A program made the translations under genes and the position numbers. Shown here piece by piece: positions 21,496 through 32,272 of a stretch of 64,000 nt of DNA. How positions within the stretch are numbered: position 1 is the stretch's first letter; each line of letters starts with the position of its first letter. The notes under the pieces are model-generated. The model ran no database searches. It was given only the letters and a program-made list of their open reading frames with translations, and was not told the DNA's origin. This DNA is from a virus, in IMG/VR virus record IMGVR_UViG_3300035670_010691, positions 44,915 to 108,914 of that record; one strand, given 5' to 3'.

Positions 21496-22121
21496 TGAGA
21501 CTGATATGTTTTGGAGATAGTTGGACAGCCGGACACGGGTTGGAAGAAGACATTCGTTTCAAACATGAAACAAATCCAAATGACTTTGTAGTTAATTATA
21601 GAAATAACAATTCTTATCCAAGATGGTTATCTGATATACTTGGAGTTGAGTTTGTAAATATGGGGGTGGCTGGTTTTGGTAATTTAGATATTTTAGAAAG
21701 AATAAAAGAAGTAAAAGATCAAAGTCTATTTAAAAAAAATGATATAATTATAGTTCAATTTTCATATCCACACAGATATAGAACAAAAAAACCAAATAAT
21801 AATCCACTCTATATTTTTCCACAAATTGAGTCTTTATTAACTCCATATAATCATTTTTATTTTAATGGGTTTTACCCTTTATTTAAAGATGAGGAATTTG
21901 ATATATCCTCTTTGCCAAATTATTTTATAAATGCAAATGAAACATTAGCAGATTTCTTAAGAGATTATGAAATACAACATAATATCGGAGTGTGGGAATA
22001 TGGAAGTCGTAGTGTATGGAATGATGAACGAGGTTTTTGGGAAGGCGATTATCATCCAAATTTGAGAGGATATAAATTGATTGCAAGTCATATCTATGAA
22101 AATATTGCGAGTTTTTTATGA
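21495..22121 (+). CDS. SGNH/GDSL hydrolase or acyltransferase
   Basis: FGDSWTAG; NMGVAG; DYHPN. Confidence 0.75.
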   Translation: MRLICFGDSWTAGHGLEEDIRFKHETNPNDFVVNYRNNNSYPRWLSDILGVEFVNMGVAGFGNLDILERIKEVKDQSLFKKNDIIIVQFSYPHRYRTKKPNNNPLYIFPQIESLLTPYNHFYFNGFYPLFKDEEFDISSLPNYFINANETLADFLRDYEIQHNIGVWEYGSRSVWNDERGFWEGDYHPNLRGYKLIASHIYENIASFL

Positions 22122-22852
22122 AACAAAGTGAAGACCATGTATTAATTTGGAATAATCATATTGATAAATTAAAAGACATTTTTTCTGATTATATACCAAA
22201 AATATATGAAGACTCAGATTATCAGGCAATTATAATAGAAACAAGAAATCATTCGAATTTGGAGACTGTAATTAAAAATGTGATGTATTTTTTAAATGAA
22301 ACAAACTCAAATATAAAATGGAGTCTTCGTGTGTTTCATGGAAATAATAATCAAAAATTTATAAAAGAACTAACAAAAAAATGGAGAGGTGTTAGATTAA
22401 CAAATTTATACTGTAATAATTTTACAATAAACGATTATAATGATTTAATGCTTTCAAAAAATTTTTGGGAAGAAATTAAAAATAATGTCCTTATTTTTCA
22501 AACTGATTCTATTTTATTACGAGACGGTATTGACGAGTTTTTAGAATGGGAATATATTGGTGCTCCATGGGTAAAACCAAAGGAGGGTAAGTTAGTCGGT
22601 AACGGTGGGTTATCATTCCGTAAAACACAAAAAATGATTGATATTATTAATAAAAATGTATATTCTGACTTTATTAATGAAGATATATATTTTTGTAAAT
22701 TTTTAGAGGATTTACCACCGCTTTCAGTTGCCAAACGATTTTCTGTAGAAGATATATATTATAGTAATCCTTTGGGTATTCATCAACCAAAAATAGATCC
22801 ACAAAAATTAAAAGAATTATTGGATAAAAGTTTAGAAAGAATAAAGTTATGA
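22118..22852 (+). CDS. DUF5672-like putative glycosyltransferase
   Basis: FQTDS, YIGAPW, VGNGGLSFR, EDIYF. Confidence 0.7.
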   Translation: MKQSEDHVLIWNNHIDKLKDIFSDYIPKIYEDSDYQAIIIETRNHSNLETVIKNVMYFLNETNSNIKWSLRVFHGNNNQKFIKELTKKWRGVRLTNLYCNNFTINDYNDLMLSKNFWEEIKNNVLIFQTDSILLRDGIDEFLEWEYIGAPWVKPKEGKLVGNGGLSFRKTQKMIDIINKNVYSDFINEDIYFCKFLEDLPPLSVAKRFSVEDIYYSNPLGIHQPKIDPQKLKELLDKSLERIKL

Positions 22853-23817
22853 AAGTTCAAAATAGTAAAGTCCTTGTAACGGGTGGAAATGGAATGATTG
22901 GTCGTTCTCTTGTAGAACTTCTTCTTCAACAAAATAATGAAGTCACAATTGCAGATTTATTTATACCCGAAAACAAAATAGAAGGCGTGACTTATATTCA
23001 AGGTGATTTGAGATATTTTGATTTTACACAAAAAATATGTGAAGGTCAGGACTATGTGTTTCATTTAGCAGGAGTTAAAGGTTCACCCAAAATGTCTTCA
23101 GAAAATCCAGCATCATTTATGGTTCCGATGTTACAATTCAATACCAATATGATGGAGTCTGCAAGATTGGCAGGTGTAAAGTGGTATCTATACACAAGTT
23201 CAGTTGGAGTGTATCATCCAGCAGAAGTATTTTATGAAGATGATGTATGGAAAACATTTCCCTCACCACACGACAAGTTTCCCGGTTGGGCAAAGAGAAT
23301 GGGTGAATTACAATCAGAAGCATATGACATTCAATATGGAATGAAAAATATATCCATAGTTAGACCTGCAAATGTTTATGGTCCGTATGATAATTTTAAT
23401 CCCGAAACTGCAATGGTTATTCCGTCCTTTATTCGTAAAGTAATGGAAAATGATGAAATTGAAGCTTGGGGAGACGGTTCAAACATACGAGATTTTATTT
23501 ATTCAGAAGACGTTGCAAGAGGTATGTTATTCGTGGTAGAAAACGAAATCACAGAACCCGTTAATTTAGGTTCGGGTGAAGGATATACTATAAAAGAAAT
23601 TATGGATACAATTATCCAACTATCAGGAAAAGAAGTAAAGGTAAATTGGTTAGTAGATAAACCTTCGGGTGACATAAAGAGATTATTTGATATATCACGA
23701 ATTTCATCAAAAGGGTTTGAGTTAAAATACGACTTACAAAATGGACTTAAAAATACAATTTCGTATTACTTGAATAATATTGAAATTATTGATAATAGAA
23801 CCCAATATTTTAAATGA
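22849..23817 (+). CDS. NAD-dependent epimerase/reductase (GDP-fucose synthase-like)
   Basis: GGNGMIG, SSVGVY, RPANVYGPYDNF, RDFIYSED. Confidence 0.85.
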   Translation: MKVQNSKVLVTGGNGMIGRSLVELLLQQNNEVTIADLFIPENKIEGVTYIQGDLRYFDFTQKICEGQDYVFHLAGVKGSPKMSSENPASFMVPMLQFNTNMMESARLAGVKWYLYTSSVGVYHPAEVFYEDDVWKTFPSPHDKFPGWAKRMGELQSEAYDIQYGMKNISIVRPANVYGPYDNFNPETAMVIPSFIRKVMENDEIEAWGDGSNIRDFIYSEDVARGMLFVVENEITEPVNLGSGEGYTIKEIMDTIIQLSGKEVKVNWLVDKPSGDIKRLFDISRISSKGFELKYDLQNGLKNTISYYLNNIEIIDNRTQYFK

Positions 23818-24833
23818 GTAATAAATTATTTTTTGATTATGTTCAGTTTATAAATAATTCAGAGGGTGAAAATTTATCTGAAAAAATTGAGTCATTTATT
23901 AAGAACACTAATATTTGTGATTCAGAAATTTTTATTGTGGGTTTATTGGAACCCTTTACTTGGTATGATATAGATTTTAAAAAGTTGGACAATTTTTTAG
24001 AAAGCAAAAAAGTTAAATTTTATTTATTTTTTGCTAATAAAATCTTTATAAGTGAAAAATTTGAAAATTTAGTTTTTCTTCATTCTCCTTCTTCATTATT
24101 GTTATTTTCAAAATATTGTTTAGAAAAAAATATAGGTAAGAAAATAGACGATATAGAAATTAATTCAAATTTTGAAAAACTGTTTTTACTTTTAATAAAT
24201 AATCCCAAACCACACCGATGTTTATTATTAGACGGATTATGTAAATCTAATTTGTTAGATGCGGGAAACTATTCATTTAATTATGGATTATATGAACATC
24301 CTTACATATTTGAATGTTATGATGGTAAAAATAAATCTTTTGATTTGCATACGAAAAAAGATATTAATGGTTTTTCTTATCTGAATGATGAAATTGTAAA
24401 ATCCAAATCATTTGTAAATTTAGTTGTTGAAACTTTTTTTCATGATAAAAGATTTGAATTTTTATCTGAAAAAACATTTTATAATTTTCTTGTAAAACAA
24501 CCGTTTTTATCATTAGGAATAATTGGACAAAATCATTTAGTTAAAAAATTCGGATTTGAATTAAATGATGAGATATTTGATTATGAATTTGATTTTTGTA
24601 TTGATATCAATGACAGAGTAGATGGTGTAATAAATAACTTAAAAAAAATTCAAGGATTAAATTATAATCTTTTGTATAAAAAAATAGAAAACAAATTAGA
24701 TTATAACAAAAACAGAGCAATTGATATAATTAAAAGAAGGGAATATTGTTCTGAAATGATAGATACTCTATATTTTGAAAATAAAAATTATATAAACAAC
24801 TTAAACGAATTTCAGTTTTATGACAAACACTAA
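23814..24833 (+). CDS. GT10-like (ITEK-type) putative glycosyltransferase
   Basis: KPHR; NLVVET...FLSEKT...QPFL...DEIFDYEFD. Confidence 0.5.
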   Translation: MSNKLFFDYVQFINNSEGENLSEKIESFIKNTNICDSEIFIVGLLEPFTWYDIDFKKLDNFLESKKVKFYLFFANKIFISEKFENLVFLHSPSSLLLFSKYCLEKNIGKKIDDIEINSNFEKLFLLLINNPKPHRCLLLDGLCKSNLLDAGNYSFNYGLYEHPYIFECYDGKNKSFDLHTKKDINGFSYLNDEIVKSKSFVNLVVETFFHDKRFEFLSEKTFYNFLVKQPFLSLGIIGQNHLVKKFGFELNDEIFDYEFDFCIDINDRVDGVINNLKKIQGLNYNLLYKKIENKLDYNKNRAIDIIKRREYCSEMIDTLYFENKNYINNLNEFQFYDKH

Positions 24834-25791
24834 TAATTTCTATGAAAACAAAAGGATATTGGTAACAGGTGGTTCTGGTTTTTTAGCAACACATTATATA
24901 AATGAACTTGTTAAACGTGGTGCAAAAGTAAGAACAACAACACATATTAATCCTTTACAAGTTTCTTCGGATGTATTAAATCAAATAGAAATATATCACA
25001 ATGCAAATTTAAATAATCCATATGAGTGTTATACTGCAACAAAAGATATTGATTACGTAATTCACTCAGCAGGTACGATACTCCACCCTGCAACAGTAAG
25101 AACTGATGTGCAAGTAACACTTTCACAAATTAATCTTATTTCAAATATACTTGAAGCATCTTATAAAAACGGAGTAAAAAAGTTTTTAGATCTTAACTCA
25201 TCAACTGGTTATCCTGACCGACCATATCCTGTTAAAGAGGAAGAATTTTGGGATGACGAACCTTATATTGCATACTATGGATACGGGTGGATGAGAAGAT
25301 ATAGAGAAAAGATAATGGAACATATTTCTCATATTTCAGATATGGAAATAATCATTGCACGTGGTTCTGCTATCTTCGGCCCACACGACAATTTTGATTT
25401 AAAAACCTGTCATGTTGTTCCTGCTCTCATAAAACGAGTATTAAGTGGTGAAGACCCGTTTGTAGTTTGGGGAAGTCCTGATGTGGTTAGAGATTTTATG
25501 TATGTAAAAGATGTCGTAAATGCAAACCTTCTTCTTTTAGAAAAAGGAGAGTCTATGTCACCCGTAAATGTGGGATATGGTGAAGCAATTACAATCGGTG
25601 GAATTGTAGATACAATATTAAAAGTTACAGGATTATCACCAAAAGTTGAATGGGATAATTCAAAACCAACTACAATACCATTCAGAATGGTAGATACAAC
25701 AAAATTAAAAAATCTTGGATTTACTCCTCAATATACTTTTGAAGATGGAATACGAGAAACAGTAGAATGGTTTAAAGAAAATGGAAAATAA
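24820..25791 (+). CDS. NAD-dependent epimerase/reductase (GDP-fucose synthase-like)
   Basis: GGSGFLA, SSTGYP, GPHDNFD..CHVVPALI, RDFMYVKD. Confidence 0.85.
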   Translation: MTNTNNFYENKRILVTGGSGFLATHYINELVKRGAKVRTTTHINPLQVSSDVLNQIEIYHNANLNNPYECYTATKDIDYVIHSAGTILHPATVRTDVQVTLSQINLISNILEASYKNGVKKFLDLNSSTGYPDRPYPVKEEEFWDDEPYIAYYGYGWMRRYREKIMEHISHISDMEIIIARGSAIFGPHDNFDLKTCHVVPALIKRVLSGEDPFVVWGSPDVVRDFMYVKDVVNANLLLLEKGESMSPVNVGYGEAITIGGIVDTILKVTGLSPKVEWDNSKPTTIPFRMVDTTKLKNLGFTPQYTFEDGIRETVEWFKENGK

Positions 25792-26443
25792 AAACAAGGT
25801 TTGGTTTTTTGGAGATTCATTTACTCAAAATTTAGCCGTCAAATCAGATGGTAATTACCAAAGATACAAACAAAAAAAAATGAAAACATGGACAGAAAGT
25901 GTTTCTCATTTTTTAAATATGGATGAAATAATTGTAGCAAAAGGTGGTGAATCTTCACAATCTATTTATTTTTCTGTTATAAACAATTTCAATAATTTTA
26001 AAAGTGGAGATTGGGTTATAGCAACAAATTCCCCTTATGTAAGAACAGTTGGTGTGGATTTTGAAAAAAAAATAATTTCAACATTTAATAATGAACAAAT
26101 AGTAAATGTTATAAATACTGATAAGGGTTCTGATATAACTTGTGGGTTACCTATTGATGAAAAAAATATAAAAACTCTTATTGATTATGTTTATACATTT
26201 ATTTTACCATATGAGGATGTTTGGAATGATTATTGGGTACAAAATTTTAATAATTTAAAATTTATTTTAAAAGAAAAAAATGTTAATTATATATTTTGGG
26301 ATTATAAATTGTGGTCTGAATTTTCATCAATAACAGAAGAAACGGATGGAAAAGTAATCGATGACCATTGGGGTGAGGATGGAAATAGAGATTTTTCAGA
26401 ATACATAATTAATAGAATAAAAAACATGGTTGAAAATGAATAA
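25781..26443 (+). CDS. SGNH/GDSL-like protein
   Basis: FGDSFT; DDHW. Confidence 0.6.
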   Translation: MENKNKVWFFGDSFTQNLAVKSDGNYQRYKQKKMKTWTESVSHFLNMDEIIVAKGGESSQSIYFSVINNFNNFKSGDWVIATNSPYVRTVGVDFEKKIISTFNNEQIVNVINTDKGSDITCGLPIDEKNIKTLIDYVYTFILPYEDVWNDYWVQNFNNLKFILKEKNVNYIFWDYKLWSEFSSITEETDGKVIDDHWGEDGNRDFSEYIINRIKNMVENE

Positions 26444-27449
26444 TAAAAGATGTTTGATAACTGGTGTAACTGGTATGGTTGGTTCTCATTTAGTAGATTT
26501 TCTCATACAAAACACGAATTGGGAGATATATGGATTTCTTCGTTGGTATGATAGGTTGGATAATTTAGAACACCATTTTCAAAAAATTAATAATAAAGAT
26601 AGAATTCATTTAATTTATGGTGATTTGAATGATTATCCTTCCTTACAAAATGCAATTCAAATTTCTAAACCTGATTACGTATTTCACTTAGCCGCTCAAT
26701 CTTACCCACAAACAAGTTTTGATGCTCCAATTGAAACTTTACAAACTAACATAATCGGTACGGCTAATCTACTTGAGTCTTTACGAAAGTCAGAGTATAA
26801 AAACTCAATCATTCATGTTTGTGCAAGTTCAGAAGTGTTCGGTAGAGTTACAAAAGAAGAATTACCTATTAGTGAAGATTGTCGTTTTCACCCAGCATCT
26901 CCATATGCAATATCCAAAGTAGGAACTGACTTGGTTGGTAGGTATTATGCAGAAGCATATGATATGACGATTATGACTACCCGTATGTTTACCCACACCG
27001 GTCCTCGTAGAGGTGATGTATTTGCAGAGTCCACATTTGCTAAACAAATAGCAATGATAGAAGCAGGTCAACAAGAACCCACAATCTATGTTGGTAACTT
27101 GGACTCTTTACGAACATTTGCTGATGTTAGAGACGCAGTACGAGCGTATTATTTGTTAGTTACTCACAATCCAATTAAAGGTGAGTATTATAATATTGGT
27201 GGTAACCATACTTGTTCGATTGGTGAAATGTTAGAGTTTTTAATTTCACAATCTACGGTAGAAGATATAAACGTGGTAGTTGACCAAGAAAGATTAAGAC
27301 CAATAGATGCAAACTTACAAATACCCGATACAACAAAATTCAAAAAACATACAGGGTGGGAACCTCAAATACCATTTGAGAAGACTATGACTGACTTATT
27401 AAATTATTGGAGAGATAAAGTTAAACTAAAATCGTATTTAAAAAGATGA
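26436..27449 (+). CDS. gmd: GDP-mannose 4,6-dehydratase-like
   Basis: GVTGMVG, HLAAQS, ASSEVFG, SPYAISK, FTHTGPRR, GNLDSLR. Confidence 0.8.
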   Translation: MNNKRCLITGVTGMVGSHLVDFLIQNTNWEIYGFLRWYDRLDNLEHHFQKINNKDRIHLIYGDLNDYPSLQNAIQISKPDYVFHLAAQSYPQTSFDAPIETLQTNIIGTANLLESLRKSEYKNSIIHVCASSEVFGRVTKEELPISEDCRFHPASPYAISKVGTDLVGRYYAEAYDMTIMTTRMFTHTGPRRGDVFAESTFAKQIAMIEAGQQEPTIYVGNLDSLRTFADVRDAVRAYYLLVTHNPIKGEYYNIGGNHTCSIGEMLEFLISQSTVEDINVVVDQERLRPIDANLQIPDTTKFKKHTGWEPQIPFEKTMTDLLNYWRDKVKLKSYLKR

Positions 27450-28627
27450 AAAAAATAAATTTTATATATGAAGGTAATTTAGAAAGATATAAACATTTAA
27501 TTGAATGCTATAAAATACAAAATTATAATTTTATAAATATAGATTCGGATTTTTCAATTGATACGCAACAAAATTATTTTCATTTTATATTTGATGGGTG
27601 GCCTGTTTTACAATTTAAACATAATGAATTTTCAATTAGTGAAAAACTAAAAAATTTATTAGTATCAAATAAAAATATGTTTTTATGTTTTATAACTGAA
27701 CATGAAACTGATTCACCATATAGTTTAACTTATCTTTCGGAATTTTGTCAGTTAAATAGTATTAAAGAAAATCAAATTTTTGTTATTAATGGTAATGAAT
27801 TTTTACCAATATTGAAAGAAAATCAAAAAAGTAATATAAACGTTTATGTAGTAAATAGATTACAAAAGGTATCTACACATAACATGGATTTATTTAATTT
27901 TGAAACATTAGATGACCGTCTTTTTTTATTTCAATCTTACAATAACAGATTTAAAAAACACAGAATAGCGATAATTTCAAAATTAATTGGAAGTGGTTTG
28001 ATAGACTCGGTTGATTGGAGTTTGAATTATTTAGATGAATCCATAATATCAGATAAAAATATAGATGTTGAATTTTTAAGAAATGAAATTGATATTGATA
28101 AAGACATATTAAATGGTTTAAAATTTATTGCAAAAAACGGAATTAGAAAAAGTGAAATGGAAAGTTATGATATTCATGCACAAGGAAGCGATGGGGTCGA
28201 TTTTAACATTCCTTACAGAGAAAATCCTTATAAACATTCATATATAAACATAGTAACTGAATCACAATTTGAAACAAACGATTTAATTCACATTACAGAA
28301 AAATCTTTAATACCATTTTTTTATCATCAAATTCCAATTATAATTTCAACTCCAAATTTAATCAAATTTATGAAAAATAAATACAACCTTGATTTTTATG
28401 AAGATATAATAGATCATTCATATGATGGTGAGTATAATTCTAAAAAGAGATTTAAAATGATATTTGATGAAATAAGAAGATTATCTGACAAAAAAGATGA
28501 AATAAAAGAATACTATTTAAAAAACAAACAAAGATTTGAATCTAACCAAAATATAATTAGAAATATTAAAGACGAGATTCAAGACGAAGTTTTTTTTAAT
28601 TCATTAATTGATTTTTATGTTGAATGA
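27446..28627 (+). CDS. GT10-like (ITEK) putative glycosyltransferase
   Basis: KKHR; NIVTES...HITEKSLIPF...EDIIDHSYD. Confidence 0.5.
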   Translation: MKKINFIYEGNLERYKHLIECYKIQNYNFINIDSDFSIDTQQNYFHFIFDGWPVLQFKHNEFSISEKLKNLLVSNKNMFLCFITEHETDSPYSLTYLSEFCQLNSIKENQIFVINGNEFLPILKENQKSNINVYVVNRLQKVSTHNMDLFNFETLDDRLFLFQSYNNRFKKHRIAIISKLIGSGLIDSVDWSLNYLDESIISDKNIDVEFLRNEIDIDKDILNGLKFIAKNGIRKSEMESYDIHAQGSDGVDFNIPYRENPYKHSYINIVTESQFETNDLIHITEKSLIPFFYHQIPIIISTPNLIKFMKNKYNLDFYEDIIDHSYDGEYNSKKRFKMIFDEIRRLSDKKDEIKEYYLKNKQRFESNQNIIRNIKDEIQDEVFFNSLIDFYVE

Positions 28628-29801
28628 TGAGCAAAGGTTTGAAGTAAATTTAATATGTGATGGATTAGAAAAATTTAATTTTTTTGACAAAAATAACATA
28701 ATTGATTCTATAAATTATATTACTAGAAATCGATGCAATTTTACCTTTCATTCATATGACAATTTAGATGAAAATAAATTGTATTATTTTGTTTTAAATT
28801 TTAATTATTATCCTTTTGACAATTTTTTAAATGATTTAAATGAAAACAAAGAATATAAAAAAATAATTGATATAATAAATCGCAAAAACGTTAAAACAAT
28901 TTTTGTAATATATCATGAATCATCTCCAATAGAACATATAAAATTGTTTAATAAGGTTATCAGAAATAAAAATATTAAAGAAGATAATATTTTTTACATA
29001 TCAAATGATTTAAATATTTTTAATATATTAAATGAGAATGATATAAAAATTAAATCATATAAATCAAATCACTTAGCTCATTCTTTTCCAAATTTATTTC
29101 CAAATTCTGAAATAAAAAATACAAGAAAGTATTTATTTTTAACTAAAAATAATAATCCAAAAATTCATAGATTTTTATTACTTTGTTATTTAAAAAAATT
29201 AAATTTATTAAATGAAACAAATTACTCTTTTTTAAGTAAAATTGATTATACTGGTATTCAAAAAATTTTAAAAAAAAAGGAAATAGAAAATTTAGATTTT
29301 AAATATTTTGAAAATATATTTCCAAAAATGACTGAATTTGAATCAATTAAATTTAAAAATTCATTTATTGATATTCAAAATTTTGCTGGAACTTTTGAAC
29401 AAAATGATTATGAAAGTGCATATATAAATATAACAACAGAAAGTCAATTTTTTGGAAAATGTATTCATATAACAGAAAAGTCATTTAAACCATTTTATTT
29501 TTATCAAATTCCAATTTTTTTAGCCACACATAATCATGTTAAGTCATTAAAAGAATTTTATGGTTTTGATTTGTTTGATGATATAATAGACCATAGTTAT
29601 GATTTAGAAGTTGATGATAGAAAAAGATTTTTTATGGTAATCGAGGAAATACAAAGAATTTCATCTATAAAATCCAAATTAGAGGAAACTTTTATAAACA
29701 TAAAAAATAGATTGGATAACAATAAAAAAATATGTCAATCGTTAAATAAGGATGAATTAGATTTAAAAAATTTTATTGAAATTTATAATACAAAAATATG
29801 A
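28617..29801 (+). CDS. GT10-like (ITEK) putative glycosyltransferase
   Basis: KIHR; NITTES...HITEKSFKPF...DDIIDHSYD; ATG at 28617 preferred over TTG at 28608. Confidence 0.5.
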   Translation: MLNDEQRFEVNLICDGLEKFNFFDKNNIIDSINYITRNRCNFTFHSYDNLDENKLYYFVLNFNYYPFDNFLNDLNENKEYKKIIDIINRKNVKTIFVIYHESSPIEHIKLFNKVIRNKNIKEDNIFYISNDLNIFNILNENDIKIKSYKSNHLAHSFPNLFPNSEIKNTRKYLFLTKNNNPKIHRFLLLCYLKKLNLLNETNYSFLSKIDYTGIQKILKKKEIENLDFKYFENIFPKMTEFESIKFKNSFIDIQNFAGTFEQNDYESAYINITTESQFFGKCIHITEKSFKPFYFYQIPIFLATHNHVKSLKEFYGFDLFDDIIDHSYDLEVDDRKRFFMVIEEIQRISSIKSKLEETFINIKNRLDNNKKICQSLNKDELDLKNFIEIYNTKI

Positions 29802-30199
29802 GAAAATATTTACCAACACTTGGTGAGTTGATTGATAGATTAACCATCTGTCAGTTAAAGGAAGTTAAAATACCACAACACAAAGAAGAATATCAACAAG
29901 AGATTAAAGATATTATACACGATATTAACGAAATTCTTTCTGAATCTGAAGATTTAACTATTGATGGGGATTTTATAAGAGCAATAGTTGTTTTATCTCA
30001 AATGAATACTCATATATGGGTAAATGAAGACAATGCCCGTAGTGGTGATAAAAATGGAAATCAACTTCTTCTTACACACGGTTTAAATGGAATTCGAAAT
30101 ACTGCAAAAAACAAAATACAGGAAAAGGTAGGTGGTAGAAAAGATTATAAAATAGACTGTATAGCTTCTGAATTTAAAGATTGGGAAATCAGTTGGTAA
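29798..30199 (+). CDS. hypothetical helical protein of a type seen in nucleotide-sugar clusters
   Basis: LPTLGELIDRL...N..IW..ED...N..RN pattern (DUF4254/DUF6165-like from memory, unverified). Confidence 0.45.
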   Translation: MRKYLPTLGELIDRLTICQLKEVKIPQHKEEYQQEIKDIIHDINEILSESEDLTIDGDFIRAIVVLSQMNTHIWVNEDNARSGDKNGNQLLLTHGLNGIRNTAKNKIQEKVGGRKDYKIDCIASEFKDWEISW

Positions 30200-30934
30200 A
30201 TGAAAATAGCAATTTTGTTATATGGAGAATTAAGAACTTTTGAAAGTGCTGTTAAAACATGGAATGTTTTAAACCTTCCAAATGTTGATTGTTATATCCA
30301 TAGTCAAAATCAAAGTTATAGTAAATTTTATAAAACAGTCACCGATATAAAAAAAGAACAACTATTTAATAATCTCAATATTAAAAAAATTGTTTTAGAA
30401 GATAGACTTGAATTTCAAAAAAATAATCCAAGTAAAGATTTGCATTTAAATCATCGTTCATGGCGATTTTTAAATAATATGATTGAAGGAGAATATGATA
30501 TTGTAATTATTAATAGATTAGATACCACGATGTATATAGATAATTTGGAAAGTCTACTTAACAATTTTGATAATAATAATTTATATACAAGACATGAAGT
30601 ATATTCAGATTTTATAGAAGACCATTTTTTTATGGGTTCTTTTAATGTTATTAAATATTTTTTGAATAATTTACCAAAACCCGATAAACTTATAAATTCT
30701 CATAAAGATATTTTGAAATATATTAAAAGTTTACCTTTTACATATAATACTCATAAAGAGATTGTTGCATTTCATTTGAGAGAAAATATGAATAGTTATA
30801 TTGAAGATTACTTTCATGAAAATCCTAATAAAGTAAAATTAGATGATAAAAAATTTTACGAATATATTTGCAAATTTAATTGGAATACATTTTCAATTCT
30901 TGAAGACGAATATCTTAAAATAGCAAAAAAATGA
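30200..30934 (+). CDS. hypothetical protein, putative glycosyltransferase-like (paralog of 59695)
   Basis: MKIAILLYGELRTF...RLD...DHFFMG pattern shared with 59695-60570. Confidence 0.45.
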   Translation: MKIAILLYGELRTFESAVKTWNVLNLPNVDCYIHSQNQSYSKFYKTVTDIKKEQLFNNLNIKKIVLEDRLEFQKNNPSKDLHLNHRSWRFLNNMIEGEYDIVIINRLDTTMYIDNLESLLNNFDNNNLYTRHEVYSDFIEDHFFMGSFNVIKYFLNNLPKPDKLINSHKDILKYIKSLPFTYNTHKEIVAFHLRENMNSYIEDYFHENPNKVKLDDKKFYEYICKFNWNTFSILEDEYLKIAKK

Positions 30935-31692
30935 ATTTTAAAATTTTAATTATTGGTGAAATTTGTCAAGATGTTTTTATTTATGGTGATGTAAATAGAA
31001 TTTCACCCGAAGCTCCAATACCAATTTTAGAACCAAGGTTTTCAAATACCACAGATGGTATGGCAGGAAACGTTCAAAATAATTTGATAAAGTTGGGTGT
31101 AGATACAAAACTAATAACAAATGATGAGATTATTAAAAAAATCAGATATGTTGATGAGTCTTATAATTATATTCTTTTACGTGTAGATGAGCAAGTTGAA
31201 ATAAAAAAAATTAATTTAGAAAATCTATTAAATGAAAATTTTGATGGAATAGTAATATCAGATTATAATAAAGGGTTTCTAACCGAAGAAGATATTCAAT
31301 TTATTTCAAAAAAATATGAAATTCCTGTATTTTTAGATACAAAAAAGAAGTTAGGAGATTGGGCAAGGGGGGTAACCTTTTTGAAAATTAACCATCAAGA
31401 ATACCTAAATAACCAACAATTTTTTAAAAATAACCCCGATGTCTTAAATAAAACTATAATTACAAGAGGAAAATATGGATGTGAATTTCAAGGAAATGTC
31501 TATCCAACAAAAGAGGTAGAAGTTAAAGATGTTGTTGGTGCTGGGGATACTTTTTTGGCCGGATTAGTATTTAAATATATACAGACAAAAAATATAGAAA
31601 CATCAATTCTCTTTGCAAACAAATGTTCCACAAATGTTGTTCAAAAAAGAGGAGTTGCTGTTGTAAATTTAAGTGAAATAAAAGATGATTGA
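30931..31692 (+). CDS. PfkB carbohydrate kinase, HldE/RfaE domain I-like (heptose-7-phosphate kinase)
   Basis: RISPEAPIP, ISDYNKG, DVVGAGDTF. Confidence 0.85.
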   Translation: MNFKILIIGEICQDVFIYGDVNRISPEAPIPILEPRFSNTTDGMAGNVQNNLIKLGVDTKLITNDEIIKKIRYVDESYNYILLRVDEQVEIKKINLENLLNENFDGIVISDYNKGFLTEEDIQFISKKYEIPVFLDTKKKLGDWARGVTFLKINHQEYLNNQQFFKNNPDVLNKTIITRGKYGCEFQGNVYPTKEVEVKDVVGAGDTFLAGLVFKYIQTKNIETSILFANKCSTNVVQKRGVAVVNLSEIKDD

Positions 31693-32272
31693 AAATAGAA
31701 AAAGTTTGTTTTACAAAGAAAGAAAATGGAATGATTTTCATTATTATAATGGAACTGTTCTTCCTGATTTAAAAATAATTCAACCCTCAGTGTATTATGA
31801 ATATAGAGGTGAAATATCAACTACTTATCATTCTGAATATTATGATAGATTGTTACCTGTTTCAGAAAGAAACGAGGGGTTGTCGTTTAAGCATGACAGA
31901 TATTCAAAATCTAAAATAGGAGTTCTTCGTGGTCTTCATTATGATGATAAAACTTGGAAATTAATAAGTTGTCTTCATGGTAAAATATACTTGGTGGTAT
32001 TAGATGTAAGACCAAAATCCACCACATACGGAAAGTGGGAGTCATTTATCATTTCACCTCATACTCAAACACAAGTATTAGTTCCACCAAACTTTGCAAA
32101 CGGTCATTTTATTATGGAAGATGATTCTATTTTCTTTTATAAATTGGCGTACCAAGGTGAGTATAATGATGAAACAAAACAAAAGACCATATTATTTAAT
32201 GACAGAAGATTTAATATAGACTGGCCAGTTCAAAATCCAATATTATCACAAAGAGACAAAAATGGAAATTAA
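31685..32272 (+). CDS. rmlC: dTDP-4-dehydrorhamnose 3,5-epimerase family protein
   Basis: GVLRGLHY, KLISC, DVRPKSTTYGKW, FANGH, IDWP. Confidence 0.85.
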   Translation: MIENRKSLFYKERKWNDFHYYNGTVLPDLKIIQPSVYYEYRGEISTTYHSEYYDRLLPVSERNEGLSFKHDRYSKSKIGVLRGLHYDDKTWKLISCLHGKIYLVVLDVRPKSTTYGKWESFIISPHTQTQVLVPPNFANGHFIMEDDSIFFYKLAYQGEYNDETKQKTILFNDRRFNIDWPVQNPILSQRDKNGN